The notes under the pieces are model-generated. The model had not been told where the DNA came from. It worked only from the letters and a program-made list of their open reading frames with translations, and did no database searches. The position numbers and the translations under genes were made by a program. Below are positions 49,599 to 62,617 of a stretch of 64,000 nt of DNA, one piece after another. The DNA lies in contig NC_068992.1 of the NCBI RefSeq assembly GCF_001194135.2, forward strand, positions 4,238,939 through 4,302,938, given 5' to 3'. Position 1 is the stretch's first letter, and the number at the start of each line of letters is the position of its first letter. This stretch comes from Octopus bimaculoides. Its lineage: Eukaryota.

Positions 49599-50404
49599 GA
49601 TTAAAAAAGGGCGAGGATTTTTAGGGAACACACACAGCCGCACGTTTCCATACTTGCTCACACACGAACATTCGAATGCATAAGTTCAAATGCCTAAGCG
49701 CTTAACCGTCNNNNNNNNNNNNNNNNNNNNNNNNNNNNNNNNNNNNNNNNNNNNNNNNNNNNNNNNNNNNNNNNNNNNNNNNNNNNNNNNNNNNNNNNNN
49801 NNNNNNNNNNNNNNNNNNNNNNNNNNNNNNNNNNNNNNNNNNNNNNNNNNNNNNNNNNNNNNNNNNNNNNNNNNNNNNNNNNNNNNNNNNNNNNNNNNNN
49901 NNNNNNNNNNNNNNNNNNNNNNNNNNNNNNNNNNNNNNNNNNNNNNNNNNNNNNNNNNNNNNNNNNNNNNNNNNNNNNNNNNNNNNNNNNNNNNNNNNNN
50001 NNNNNNNNNNNNNNNNNNNNNNNNNNNNNNNNNNNNNNNNNNNNNNNNNNNNNNNNNNNNNNNNNNNNNNNNNNNNNNNNNNNNNNNNNNNNNNNNNNNN
50101 NNNNNNNNNNNNNNNNNNNNNNNNNNNNNNNNNNNNNNNNNNNNNNNNNNNNNNNNNNNNNNNNNNNNNNNNNNNNNNNNNNNNNNNNNNNNNNNNNNNN
50201 NNNNNNNNNNNNNNNNNNNNNNNNNNNNNNNNNNNNNNNNNNNNNNNNNNNNNNNNNNNNNNNNNNNNNNNNNNNNNNNNNNNNNNNNNNNNNNNNNNNN
50301 NNNNNNNNNNNNNNNNNNNNNNNNNNNNNNNNNNNNNNNNNNNNNNNNNNNNNNNNNNNNNNNNNNNNNNNNNNNNNNNNNNNNNNNNNNNNAGTAACTT
50401 TTAG

Positions 50405-50765
50405 AGGAGATGGTGGGGGCGTTAGTCAATAACATCGACCCCGGTATCGAACTGGTACTTTATTCCATTGACCTCAAACAGCTGAAGGGCAAAGTCAAGC
50501 TTGGTGAGAATTCGAAATTCTTGTGTAAAATGACGGCCCAAATGCGGGAACGCTTTTGTAATTTCTCTTTTTTTTTACGATTTTGCCAGTTCACTAAGAA
50601 TTGGTTGAGAAAGAAAAATAAATCATTCCAAATTTTGTACAAGGCTGTCATTGTAGAGGGGTTAGCCGATTACATTGATTCCAGAGATCAACTGGTATTT
50701 ATTTTACCGCCCCCAAAATGATGAAAGCCAAAGTTGATTCCGGTGACATTTAAACTCAAAATGGA
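50405..50765 (-). mobile_element. Two degenerate SINE family A copies (~50405-50520 and ~50632-50765)
   Basis: ACATCGACCCCGGT..AACTGGTACTT; CAACTGGTATTTATTTTA...GATGAAAGCCAAAGTTGA...TTTAAACTCA. Confidence 0.7.
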
Positions 50766-51124
50766 ATGAATCGGGGGAAAATATAAAAATCTGCAAGCTA
50801 CATGAAATGCATACATGAACGTTCATGAACCGTTTTAACATGCATGCCCAACTCCTTATATCCGAATGTCGTCTACACGTGGTTTTGCTGTTCAAATTTC
50901 AGCTCGTTGACTGAATCTATTCGCTATAAAATTTGTTTCTTTTACATATTGTTCGCATATGTTCTCTCAACACTTATACGCATGCTTAATCTCGTGAAGT
51001 TCGCTGATCAAATGTCAACTCGTTATGAGTATTTAATTGTCGTCAGAAAACCATTCATTACTTAGTTTGTTCGTTGGGAGAACCGCTCCTATATGGACGT
51101 ATATATTCATATATATATATATAT

Positions 51125-51360
51125 AAAGGCAGCGAGCTGGCAGGATCGTTAGCACGCCGGGCGAAATGCTTAGCGGTATTTCATCTGCCGTTAGGTTCTG
51201 AGTTCAAATTCCTCCAAGGTCGACTTTTGCCTTTCATCCTTTCTGGGTCGATTAAATAAGTACCAGTTACGCACTGGGATCGATGTAATTGCCTTAATCT
51301 CTTTGTCTGTCCTTGTTTGTCACCTCTATGTTTAGCCCCTTGTGGACAATAAAGAAATAT
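51125..51360 (+). mobile_element. SINE family A, full length, tail type 2
   Basis: AAGGCAGCGAGCTGGCAGGATCG head, GTTCTGAGTTCAAATTCC B box, and tail TTAATCTCTTTGTCTGTCCTTGTTTGTCACCTC...AATAAAGAAATA. Confidence 0.9.
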
Positions 51361-51799
51361 ATNNNNNNNNNNNNNNNNNNNNNNNNNNNNNNNNNNNNNN
51401 NNNNNNNNNNNNNNNNNNNNNNNNNNNNNNNNNNNNNNNNNNNNNNNNNNNNNNNNNNNNNNNNNNNNNNNNNNNNNNNNNNNNNNNNNNNNNNNNNNNN
51501 NNNNNNNNNNNNNNNNNNNNNNNNATATATGTATGTATGTATGTATTTATAAACAATTATAAATATGGGGAAAAAAAATTCCATGGCAATATGCTGAAAA
51601 ATAGACTTTAGATCGTCTAACCACATAGAATATTTTTCACTTATCATTCACTTCGGGACTGGTAACCACTTTACGTGAGTTTTCCAGACCGTCTACACGT
51701 GTGCTGAGGCTTGCTACAGATTTTATGTTTAGATATATTTGGGGTACTTAAATGTACTTATGACTTTGCATCTGCTTTTTCCGTCGCTACACCTCTGAT

Positions 51800-52450
51800 C
51801 CTATTATAGTTGATGTACATCCAAACTGGATGTTTGGGTCAATTTTTGGAAAGAGACTTCAAGCAAAATCTAGAACAGTACTGTTACTTTTTGGAAACTA
51901 TACGGCATATTCCTTCAGTTAAATTTAATTAATATTTATATAAAATTCTTTTCTGTTAACACATATCCTTAGTGTATTTAATGGAAATGGAAATAAATAA
52001 ATTGAAGGTTTTATAATGCAAGAAGTTGGTTAATTATTTCTTTGAATCAATGAAATAGAATTTACTGACGTCACTTTCACAGCTGAAGAAGCCAACATAA
52101 ATTTCAACCTTCGCAAGCAATGCTGTTTGTTGCAGAAGGTTGGTGAGAAATTGATGAATTTAAGGTGGAATTCGAAATTGACTTATTAAGCATTCAGACC
52201 TAATTAAATACGAGCGATAATGAGAATGAAGCCATTTTAGATGTGTTAACACGCTGGAAGGTGGAAAAATTTGTATGAATTAATAATAATCTTCAACGTT
52301 AGAAAGGATAAATGAAAACAAAATAATTCTAACAAAACAACGCGAAATTTGGAGAGATACAAGAAACCAATATCGTTGAGCATGTACGAACAACTGACCT
52401 GTTTAGCAGGATGCATATTGCTGGCTGATTAAATTCATTCAGTCCTTCAT
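51800..52450 (+). pseudogene. Decayed pogo/Tigger-family transposase (DDE_1 domain and C-terminal region)
   Basis: With frameshifts and stops: WMFGSIFGKRLQAKSRTVLLLFGNYTAY; LINIYIKFFSVNT; SLVYLMEMEINKLKVL*CKKLVNYFFESMK*NLLTS; QAMLFVAEGW*EI; NTSDNENEAILDV. These are colinear with the pogo motifs WM..IF, K/R-ILLL-DN..AH, V.FLP.NTTS..QPMD.GII..LK..YR and LLQA+.F+A.SW. Confidence 0.7.
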
Positions 52451-53948
52451 CTCCCATAAATATTTGCGTTGATATTATTCAGATGCTGCAAAACCAAGGA
52501 ACATAGTAATCGGCAATAGATATGCTATTGCAGCATCGTAACAGCTATGGGTGTATTATCTACTGTAATGTTGGCAGGAAAGGATAAGTTCACAAAGCGT
52601 TTCATTTCTTATTATCATCAGATTCTAATTTATTTTTAATGCATGAGATTTAATTAACTTTTGTGAGTTTCATAAATGCATTAAATTGAAATAGTTTTCA
52701 ATTGCTACATTTTTCTCTGATTTGCACCATATCTTCTACAATGATTGGCGGCCAAAACACAGCAATTTGTCATTTGACTTCGTTATGTTTATATCATCCT
52801 TTAAATAAAATTTAATATCATTCAGTTATTCACTTAAATAAGACAAACTTTCCTTGTACTCATTCATCTTAATTAATTAGATTTGTCAGTAAATATGCAT
52901 AAATGTGCGTTGCTTTATATGTATATATATATATATATNNNNNNNNNNNNNNNNNNNNNNNNNNNNNNNNNNNNNNNNNNNNNNNNNNNNNNNNNNNNNN
53001 NNNNNNNNNNNNNNNNNNNNNNNNNNNNNNNNNNNNNNNNNNNNNNNNNNNNNNNNNNNNNNNNNNNNNNNNNNNNNNNNNNNNNNNNNNNNNNNNNNNN
53101 NNNNNNNNNNNNNNNNNNNNNNNNNNNNNNNNNNNNNNNNNNNNNNNNNNNNNNNNNNNNNNNNNNNNNNNNNNNNNNNNNNNNNNNNNNNNNNNNNNNN
53201 NNNNNNNNNNNNNNNNNNNNNNNNNNNNNNNNNNNNNNNNNNNNNNNNNNNNNNNNNNNNNNNNNNNNNNNNNNNNNNNNNNNNNNNNNNNNNNNNNNNN
53301 NNNNNNNNNNNNNNNNNNNNNNNNNNNNNNNNNNNNNNNNNNNNNNNNNNNNNNNNNNNNNNNNNNNNNNNNNNNNNNNNNNNNNNNNNNNNNNNNNNNN
53401 NNNNNNNNNNNNNNNNNNNNNNNNNNNNNNNNNNNNNNNNNNNNNNNNNNNNNNNNNNNNNNNNNNNNNNNNNNNNNNNNNNNNNNNNNNNNNNNNNNNN
53501 NNNNNNNNNNNNNNNNNNNNNNNNNNNNNNNNNNNNNNNNNNNNNNNNNNNNNNNNNNNNNNNNNNNNNNNNNNNNNNNNNNNNNNNNNNNNNNNNNNNN
53601 NNNNNNNNNNNNNNNNNNNNNNNNNNNNNNNNNNNNNNNNNNNNNNNNNNNNNNNNNNNNNNNNNNNNNNNNNNNNNNNNNNNNNNNNNNNNNNNNNNNN
53701 NNNNNNNNNNNNNNNNNNNNNNNNNNNNNNNNNNNNNNNNNNNNNNNNNNNNNNNNNNNNNNNNNNNNNNNNNNNNNNNNNNNNNNNNNNNNNNNNNNNN
53801 NNNNNNNNNNNNNNNNNNNNNNNNNNNNNNNNNNNNNNNNNNNNNNNNNNNNNNNNNNNNNNNNNNNNNNNNNNNNNNNNNNNNNNNNNNNNNNNNNNNN
53901 NNCACACACACACACACACACACACTCACACATCACCACATCGATGAT

Positions 53949-54062
53949 ATCTGAGTTCAAATTCCGCCGAGGTCGGAGTCGATTAAATAAGTACCAGTTA
54001 CGCTCTGGGGTCGATATAATCGACTTAATCCGCTTGTCTGCTCTTGTTTGTCCCCTCTGTGT
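53949..54062 (+). mobile_element. SINE family A fragment, tail type 2, with an internal deletion
   Basis: TCTGAGTTCAAATTCCGCCGAGGTCG joined to GAGTCGATTAAATAAGTACCAG...TTAATCCGCTTGTCTG..TTGTTTGTCCCCTCTG. Confidence 0.8.
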
Positions 54063-54499
54063 GTATACATATATATACATATAAAGTTATATGCCTGTGT
54101 AGTGTTGGTGTGTGTATGCGAGTGTCTCTGCGTTTGTGTGTGTGTGTACTTGTGTGTTTATTATCTTTCCTTTTATTTTGTATTGTCAAAAGCTCTCGGC
54201 TGGAAGTAGCCTCAATGAGGTTTAGATAACCGGTTGAAGGGGTTCCAACAAATATTTTTGTTATGGAGGGAAATGTCGACAAGTGAAGAAAGCATCTTCG
54301 TCCCACATCTCTGTAAGTATGAAGTGTTGTGTTTAGTCAATACACATGAACAGTAATGATTATTATGAATGTGGGGCGAGCGGGCATGTGGGGGGACCCG
54401 TTGCCTCTTTAAAATGTCATTTGAAATACATCTTAAGCACTTTACTGCAGTAAGAAGCGTCATTTGACACACCGCCAACACTAATTCACTCGCATGGAA

Positions 54500-54561
<62 letters not shown>

Positions 54562-54708
54562 NNNNNNNNNNNNNNNNNNNNNNNNNNNNNNNNNNNNNNN
54601 NNNNNNNNNNNNNNNNNNNNNNNNNNNNNNNNNNNNNNNNNNNNNNNNNNNNNNNNNNNNNNNNNNNNNNGTTCTCGTACACCGATAAGTATAAAACATT
54701 GACACACA

Positions 54709-54759
<51 letters not shown>

Positions 54760-55091
54760 CACACACACATTCTACCCACTCATATATGTACGAACGCTAT
54801 CAGACATGGACTGTCCATGTACGGATTAGATACATACAACATTGGCATAGAATTTCGAATAAAAATGTATAAACACAGCTACCTACGCTATCCCTCTTCC
54901 CCCTCTCTTTCTTTTCTCTCTCCCTCTTCTCTCTCATTATAAGACAGACACAGTGGCACATAGAAACATAAGCAAACGTACTCATACTTTAGAAATTTGG
55001 ACTGACACATTAATGCACAGACAGACACACACACACACACACATTCACTTACCTTATTCTCACTTGCATACACTGACATACACATATACAT

Positions 55092-55147
<56 letters not shown>

Positions 55148-55191
55148 GTATATATACATATATATATGACTCTACCCTGTAGTGTTCTCTC

Positions 55192-55282
55192 TCTCCCCTT
55201 TTCGTTTTCTCTCTCTCCCCTTTTCGTTTTCTCCCTCTCCCCTTTTCGTTTTCTCTCTCTCCCCTTTTCGTTTTCTCTCTCT
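55192..55282. repeat. CT-rich minisatellite, ~23-bp unit x ~4
   Basis: Repeating CTCTCCCCTTTTCGTTTTCT(C/T)CT. Confidence 0.85.
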
Positions 55283-56384
55283 GCCTTTCTCTAATTCCTT
55301 TTCTCCCCTTCACCGTTTTCTATCTCTCACTCTCTCCCTCTTTCCCTCTTCCTCCTTTACTCTGTCTCGTTGCTCACACGTGACCATCGTCCATCTTTCT
55401 TTTCCTTTCGCCTGTCGCACAGATCAGACACATTCTTATCTGTCTCCTCTCTGCTGTTTATTTAATGGTCGTATTTGAGGAGCCACTACGTTTTCGAACA
55501 TGGGTGAACACCCAAATAAACTACACGGGATTTTCTTTTGTTCTTTTACACGTTTCAGCCTTAAGGCTGTGAGTATTTTGAGGCTAAATGTTTATGATAC
55601 ATATACACAGGCATAAACACGAATATAGGCGACATATACACGTACATACAAATACTCACGTAAATGTGTGTGCGTGCATGAGTGAGTGTGTGTGCGCGTG
55701 TGTGTGGTGTGTGTGTTTGTGTGGTGTGTCTGTGTGGCACACGCAGACTTCTATGTAGAAGGGAGTACTGCAGAGTTTCCTCACTTAGTGTTCAGTCCAA
55801 AATAGACGTATTTAAAATTTGACTAAATTTCATGAACACAGGCAAGTAGTCAGCTGTCACACCACCAAGAAAGTAACTTTAATCTACATCCATAAACAAT
55901 TAATATAAATCCTATTACATACCCGCACGTGTGGCCAGGGTCAGGAGGTGCTTAGATATAATTAAACAACTTTTATCTTTCTGGTTCATAACCAGTAACA
56001 GCAAGATAATTGAAAGACGTCATTGCTGAGTGACGTATCTACATTCATTACATTAATGACATGCAACGAGAGAACATGTTCAAAATTACTACAGCTATTC
56101 AGTTGCTAAGTGTAATGGCGCGTACCGGTGGTTAGGAGGGTAAGTTACTATCCTAAAGTTGTAGGTTCGATTCTCAGATCATGCAGCGTATTTTGTTTTT
56201 GACAAAAGCTCTTAGTTGCTGATGAAATGGAGACATTTAAACAACGATGCGCCACACATACATACATAGGTATGTGCAGATAGAAACTTACTTTCACGGG
56301 ACTAGAAATCAAAACGTAAAGAGAAGTAACCAAAAATACCACAAGGCATTTTGTCCAATCTTCTACTGATTTCTCCAACCCAGA

Positions 56385-56675
56385 TTAAGGCAGCAATCTA
56401 ATAGAATCGTTATGCTAGACAAAATACTTAATGACATTTCGTTCGTCTTTAAGTTCTGAGCTCAAATTCCGCCGAGGTCAACTGTGCCTCTCAGCCTTTT
56501 GGAGTCGACAAAAATATGTACAAGTTGAATACTGGGGTTGACGCAATGGACTTAACCCCGCACTAGAAATTCTTAGCATGCCAGGCAAAATGCTTAGCGA
56601 CATGCTCCGAGTTCAAATTCTGCTGAGTTTGATTTTGCCATTCATTCCTTCGCAGTAAATTAAATTAAGTGCAAG
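56385..56675 (+). mobile_element. Two tandem degenerate SINE family A copies
   Basis: AAGGCAGC..AGAATCGTTA..GTTCTGAGCTCAAATTCCGCCGAGGTC; then AAAATGCTTAGCG..GAGTTCAAATTCTGCTGAG. Confidence 0.75.
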
Positions 56676-56789
56676 GAACGATAATAAGTTCCTTCGTCAA
56701 ACAGAAAAATATTTTTCTCTTTTCTGTGGTCAAAGATATTTTAGTTACCACCATCCCACTTTTGTAAATATTCATTTGTCTCGGACAGT

Positions 56790-57113
56790 GAAAGCATGTG
56801 GGTCAGTGGTTAGGGTATTCGGCTCATGATCGGAAGGTCGTGAGTTCAATTCCCAGGGACGCGTTGTGTCCTCGAGCAAGTCACTTTATTTCACGTTGCT
56901 TCAGTTCACTCAGCTGGCAAAAATGAATAGTACCTGTAATTCAAAGGAGGCCAGCCTTGTCCCATTCTGTGTCACACTGAATTTCCCTGAGAACTACGTT
57001 AAGGGTACACGTGTCTGTGGAGGGCTCAGCCATTTGCACGTTAATTTCACGCGCAGGCTGTTCCATTGCTCAGAACAGCTGGAATCGTCTTCGTCGTAAC
57101 CGATGGAGTGCCA
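56790..57113 (+). mobile_element. SINE family D, tail type 1, full length
   Basis: Colinear with 19885-20206 from head to CGTAACCGATGGAGTGCC. Confidence 0.9.
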
Positions 57114-57581
57114 ACATCTCAGACAGCGCTATTCGGAATGGCTTCCTTTTTTAAAAGTAAAGTATGTAGTCTGAGAGATTAGATTCATATTTTCACTAAT
57201 ATTTATATGTGAACGCATAAGACCCACGTGGTTCAAACATTTTTTCTGTGTACTTTATCTTATCTATTTACTTTATCTATATCTTATCTATATCTTATCT
57301 ATATCTTATCTATATCTTATCTATATACTTTATCTATTTAGCTATTTATTTTGTTGTTGCAGTATATATTACAGAAATAGCTTTGTTGAAAGAAACCGAT
57401 AAAGCTGTTCGAGAATCCTTGCAACCAAGACTGAAATTCAGTTGGTGAAAATATTTGGAGGCAATATGATGCTAGAAGGCAACGTTTTTTTGCAGTACTG
57501 ATGGATATCATGCAGGTGTTGCAATGGTGGGCGGATGCCTAACTGTCAGTGAAGACATATGACAAACACGCGGTCTTATAG

Positions 57582-57615
<34 letters not shown>

Positions 57616-57659
57616 ACACACNNNNNNNNNNACACACACACACACACACACACACAGAG

Positions 57660-57691
<32 letters not shown>

Positions 57692-57778
57692 AGACACAGA
57701 CACGCACACACACACACACACACACTACATATATGATATACACAGGCATACATATGTATATACATATGTTTATATATA

Positions 57779-58625
57779 CGAGGTCTGATCCATAAGTATA
57801 AGGACCGTTGCCATAGTAACAAAGCTAAAGCATGCAGAGTGAAGCCGCTGGGCAAAGATTAACTTTGAACTCTGTTGTGCATGCGCACTAAGTTTTAGCA
57901 TACTAGCTCACTTCCGCTGTTTACAGCAGTGCTTCGAAGGAAGGGGTGTAGTGTGACAGATAAACTTGTCACGGCGATACCTGCTCAGAGGCCTGCGCAC
58001 AGTTGCAGAAAGTGTACGGAGAGGAATGTATGAGCCGCACACAAGTGTACGAGTGGTTCAAATGTTTCCAAGATGGCTGAAATATGTCGATATTGATGAA
58101 CGTTCTGGGAGACCCGCGATCAGCAGAACTGAAAAAAACAACGCAGATGTGCGTGCAGCTGTGAGGGAAAATCGTCGAATCACCATCCGTGAGTTATCAT
58201 AGGATGTGCAGATTAGTTGCGGTTCAGTTCAATCCATTATCTCTGAAGATTTGGGTATGAGACGCGTGTTTGTGCCAAAACTACTTTCAGCTGACCAAAA
58301 AGACACTTGGGTCTCGTTGCACAAGATCTCCTTCATTGTTTCGAGAACGATGAACACTTTTTGAAAACTTTGTGTAGTCCTCTGAGCCGGTATTGCCAAA
58401 CTTTTGGCAAAATTTGATGCTAGTTCTTTGCTCAACTTTCTCTGACATGGTCAATGCGACGATCACATGCTACACGCCTTCCTTCCAAGCACTGCTGTAA
58501 ACAGCGGGAGTAAGCTAGAACATTAAAACTTGGTGTGCACGCACAACTGAGTTCAAGTTCAATTTGTGCCAAGCTTTAACTTCGTTACTATGGCAACAGT
58601 CCAGATACTTATTGATCGGACTGCG
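57779..58625. mobile_element. Non-autonomous mariner derivative composed of two inverted left ends
   Basis: TA on both sides (57777-78 and 58626-27); ~175-bp inverted arms. Plus strand carries transposase N-terminus GDTCSEACAQLQKVYGEECMSRTQVYEWFKCFQDG*..DERSGRP..RRITIRELS*..LGMRRV-FVPKLL..HFLK. Minus strand from ATG 58448 reads MSEKVEQRTSIKFCQKFGNTGSE. Confidence 0.9.
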
Positions 58626-58654
58626 TATATATATGCATTTGTATATATGTATGT

Positions 58655-58827
58655 GTATGTCTGTGTTTGTCCCCCCACCATCGCTTGACAACCGTCCCCG
58701 TAACTTAGCGGATAGTATAAGTACTAGGCTTAATGAATAAGTCGTGGGTCGATCTATTCGACTAAAATGGCGGTGCTCTAGCATGGCCAAATTCAAATGA
58801 CTGAAACCAGTAAAAGGATAAAAGAGT
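58655..58827 (+). mobile_element. SINE B/C 3' module
   Basis: GTCTGTGTTTGTCCCCCCACCATCGCTTGACAACC..TAACTTAGCGG..AAGTACTAGGCTT..GGCGGTGCTCTAGCATGGCC..GACTGAAACCAGTAAAAG. Confidence 0.85.
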
Positions 58828-60574
58828 ACATATACATGTATATGTGTGTGTGCGTGTATTTGAGTGTATGTGTGAATATAAAATAAACACGCACACACAC
58901 AAATGTGTTTTTGCCTGTATATATATAAATATACTTATGCTTATACAAACAGAAAAAAGAGAGGGAGAAACAGAGCGAGTGAAAGAGAGGGAGGGACATA
59001 AAAGGCGAAGGAGGGAGGTAGGAAGCAAAACAAGACATATTACTTAGCGTCGATGCAAGATTTGGTAGATAAACAGACAGATATCGAGGCGGACTGGGAT
59101 TGAGACGGTCAGGGATAGAGACGTTATGAATAGGTAGTCACAGTTCATGCGATGTGGCATAAACGTGCTGAGTTTGAAAGGTAAGCCAGACAGGAAGCAG
59201 GTAAGTGGAAGTAGATAAATAAACACTGCTGTAGACTATCAAAGATAACCTCTTGGGAGGTTTATATTATAGCAACAACAACAACAACAAAAGTAACCAC
59301 AGCGACTTCGCAAGTAAAGAAGAGCGAGTAAAAATATTTTTGTTCGTTTTTATATGTTAAAGTACTTTCATTCAGTAATATAGTTTGTTTATATGGAGCA
59401 TTGGTGGCTATGGGATTTATCGCTTATCGCAATTATCGTCTGCTTCTGGCCTGCTTAACTCAGTAACTAGATTATACGGGCAATCATTTTAAAGCTTTAG
59501 TGGGATATTGTATGAACCAGGCCCAGCAAGCGTTACTTAGTGGCACCGAATGTAGACAAACGTCGTATTTTATGTGTGTTAATGATTTTCTTTGGATTGT
59601 AGCGGTTTGTTTGCAGAGAGGTTATTGCTTGGATATAGCAAATACAAGCGCAGGCATGGTTCAATGGAGGTGCAGGAATGACAGAAAGAAACTTTCTTCC
59701 CAACCATTCGGTTATATATATAACACTGTATATGTAACCCCCCCCCCCACTCGCACACGCACACACACGCGCGCGCACACACAAAGTATAGAAAGAGGGG
59801 CAAAGCAAGATGCCAAAAATCGCATTTGAACCCGAAAAGGCAAAGTAAAATACTATTAAAAAAGCAAAAGGATAAGAAACTCCAGAAACTGCTTTCTTAA
59901 ACCTGAGAAAATAAATTTGCCCCACTCAAAAATTTCAGGAGGTACGTTTGCACCTTATGCACCCTCTGTTCTCGGGCCCATGGATGGGGAAATGAAGATA
60001 GTGATGTACAGAATTTGATATCTGTTTCCTGTATGAATGTGAGCCGTTGGAGACAGAATTAAAAGTTCCGCCGAGTGATTTAGTTTCTTGTAGTTAATTA
60101 CTTCAGTGTAATTTCTCGTTTCTTCAAGATATATACTATGTATGAACATAACGTTGGGCGGTCTTGTATTGGACGTCTTTCATCATAAATAGGTTTGATT
60201 AGCGATGGCCTGGAGCTAAGGAACTGCAACACCATTAACCATTAATATCAACACCAGAGATAACGTTAGAAATAGCTTACATCAGCACACACAAATATCA
60301 GCAATAAGCTACCGCTGAGATCTTTAAAACATCACCAATAACATCAACATCCCCACCATCACGACAACCAATTACCATCAACAACACCAATAACATTATT
60401 ATTAACACTATCATTAGCAGCGGCGCTAATGTTCATAACATTTCTGAAACTAAAGACATCTCCGTCTTTACGTCTTGAGTGCAAATGCCACCAAAACAGC
60501 TCTAACACTGAAACCAAAGTTACCACTATACCGCTAACAATACAACAGGGGTGGTAACACAGCTTTTACTAAAA

Positions 60575-60848
60575 CATGACGAAGAGGTTAGAGCGTGGGT
60601 CTCACAGTCATGAGTTCTACTCCCAGGGATCGGGCTGTTTATTGTGTTCTTGAGCCAAACGCTTTTCACGTTGCTCCATTTCTCTCAGAAATGAATGGCG
60701 ACGTCGCTGGTGCCAAGCTGTATCGGCCCCTTTGCCTTTCCCTTGGATAACATCAGTGACATGGAGAAGGGAGACTGGAATGCATTGGTGACTATTGGTC
60801 TTTTCCCGGATTTGTGCCACGGAGTGTAACTTTCTAGGTGCAATCCCA
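60575..60848 (+). mobile_element. SINE family D, tail type 2
   Basis: GGTTAGAGCG head, TGTGTTCTTGAGC..TTTCACGTTGCTCC core, CCTTTGCCTTTCCCTTGGATAA..AACTTTCTAGGTGCAATC tail as in 2450-2805. Confidence 0.8.
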
Positions 60849-62298
60849 ACCACTACCAAGATCACCACTACCACCAACAATATCACCGCCAATACCACCA
60901 CGACAACCACGTCGTCGTCGACGACGACGACGACGACGACNNNNNNNNNNNNNNNNNNNNNNNNNNNNNNNNNNNNNNNNNNNNNNNNNNNNNNNNNNNN
61001 NNNNNNNNNNNNNNNNNNNNNNNNNNNNNNNNNNNNNNNNNNNNNNNNNNNNNNNNNNNNNNNNNNNNNNNNNNNNNNNNNNNNNNNNNNNNNNNNNNNN
61101 NNNNNNNNNNNNNNNNNNNNNNNNNNNNNNNNNNNNNNNNNNNNNNNNNNNNNNNNNNNNNNNNNNNNNNNNNNNNNNNNNNNNNNNNNNNNNNNNNNNN
61201 NNNNNNNNNNNNNNNNNNNNNNNNNNNNNNNNNNNNNNNNNNNNNNNNNNNNNNNNNNNNNNNNNNNNNNNNNNNNNNNNNNNNNNNNNNNNNNNNNNNN
61301 NNNNNNNNNNNNNNNNNNNNNNNNNNNNNNNNNNNNNNNNNNNNNNNNNNNNNNNNNNNNNNNNNNNNNNNNNNNNNNNNNNNNNNNNNNNNNNNNNNNN
61401 NNNNNNNNNNNNNNNNNNNNNNNNNNNNNNNNNNNNNNNNNNNNNNNNNNNNNNNNNNNNNNNNNNNNNNNNNNNNNNNNNNNNNNNNNNNNNNNNNNNN
61501 NNNNNNNNNNNNNNNNNNNNNNNNNNNNNNNNNNNNNNNNNNNNNNNNNNNNNNNNNNNNNNNNNNNNNNNNNNNNNNNNNNNNNNNNNNNNNNNNNNNN
61601 NNNNNNNNNNNNNNNNNNNNNNNNNNNNNNNNNNNNNNNNNNNNNNNNNNNNNNNNNNNNNNNNNNNNNNNNNNNNNNNNNNNNNNNNNNNNNNNNNNNN
61701 NNNNNNNNNNNNNNNNNNNNNNNNNNNNNNNNNNNNNNNNNNNNNNNNNNNNNNNNNNNNNNNNNNNNNNNNNNNNNNNNNNNNNNNNNNNNNNNNNNNN
61801 NNNNNNNNNNNNNNNNNNNNNNNNNNNNNNNNNNNNNNNNNNNNNNNNNNNNNNNNNNNNNNNNNNNNNNNNNNNNNCACCACCGCCACCACCACCACCT
61901 CAACCGCCACCGCCACCATGAACATCATGAATGTTATATTCTGAAGACGAACATGATAGATATTGTGAGTGGGTGAGAAAGAGCGTGAGTAATGGGTGAC
62001 ATTTGACCTGATGTCAAAGGTGAAAACATGTTAGAAATACCAGATCAATAATAAGTAATGGTGATTCATGACTACAGGCTAAAAGTACACACTCTGTCAA
62101 TAATATCTTCATACCATACACACTGTGTGTGTGTGTGTGTGTGTGTGTATGAATGTATATATAACTTTCTGTGGATATATCGCTTTGCGTTTATATATGT
62201 AGATATGTATATATATATATATATATATACATATCCAGACACATTGACATGCTTATTCCCCTCATATACATACATACATGTATGTATCTGCATAAGTA

Positions 62299-62350
<52 letters not shown>

Positions 62351-62549
62351 GATCTATCTATCTATCTATCTATCTATCTGTCTGTCTGTCTGTCTGTCTG
62401 TATGTATGTATATATATCTATACTCATATGTATTTATTATTTATACATATGATGTTAAAACGGCAGCTCTGAGCTGAAACTAGAGGGAAAAAAATATGTA
62501 AGTATATATNNNNNNNNNNNNNNNNNNNNNNNNNNNNNNNNNNNNNNNN

Positions 62550-62617
<68 letters not shown>

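Noticed and set aside
52150-52300. Death-domain-like peptide EAILDVLTRWK
   Set aside because: Better explained as the C-terminal part of the decayed pogo/Tigger transposase; it contains multiple stops.
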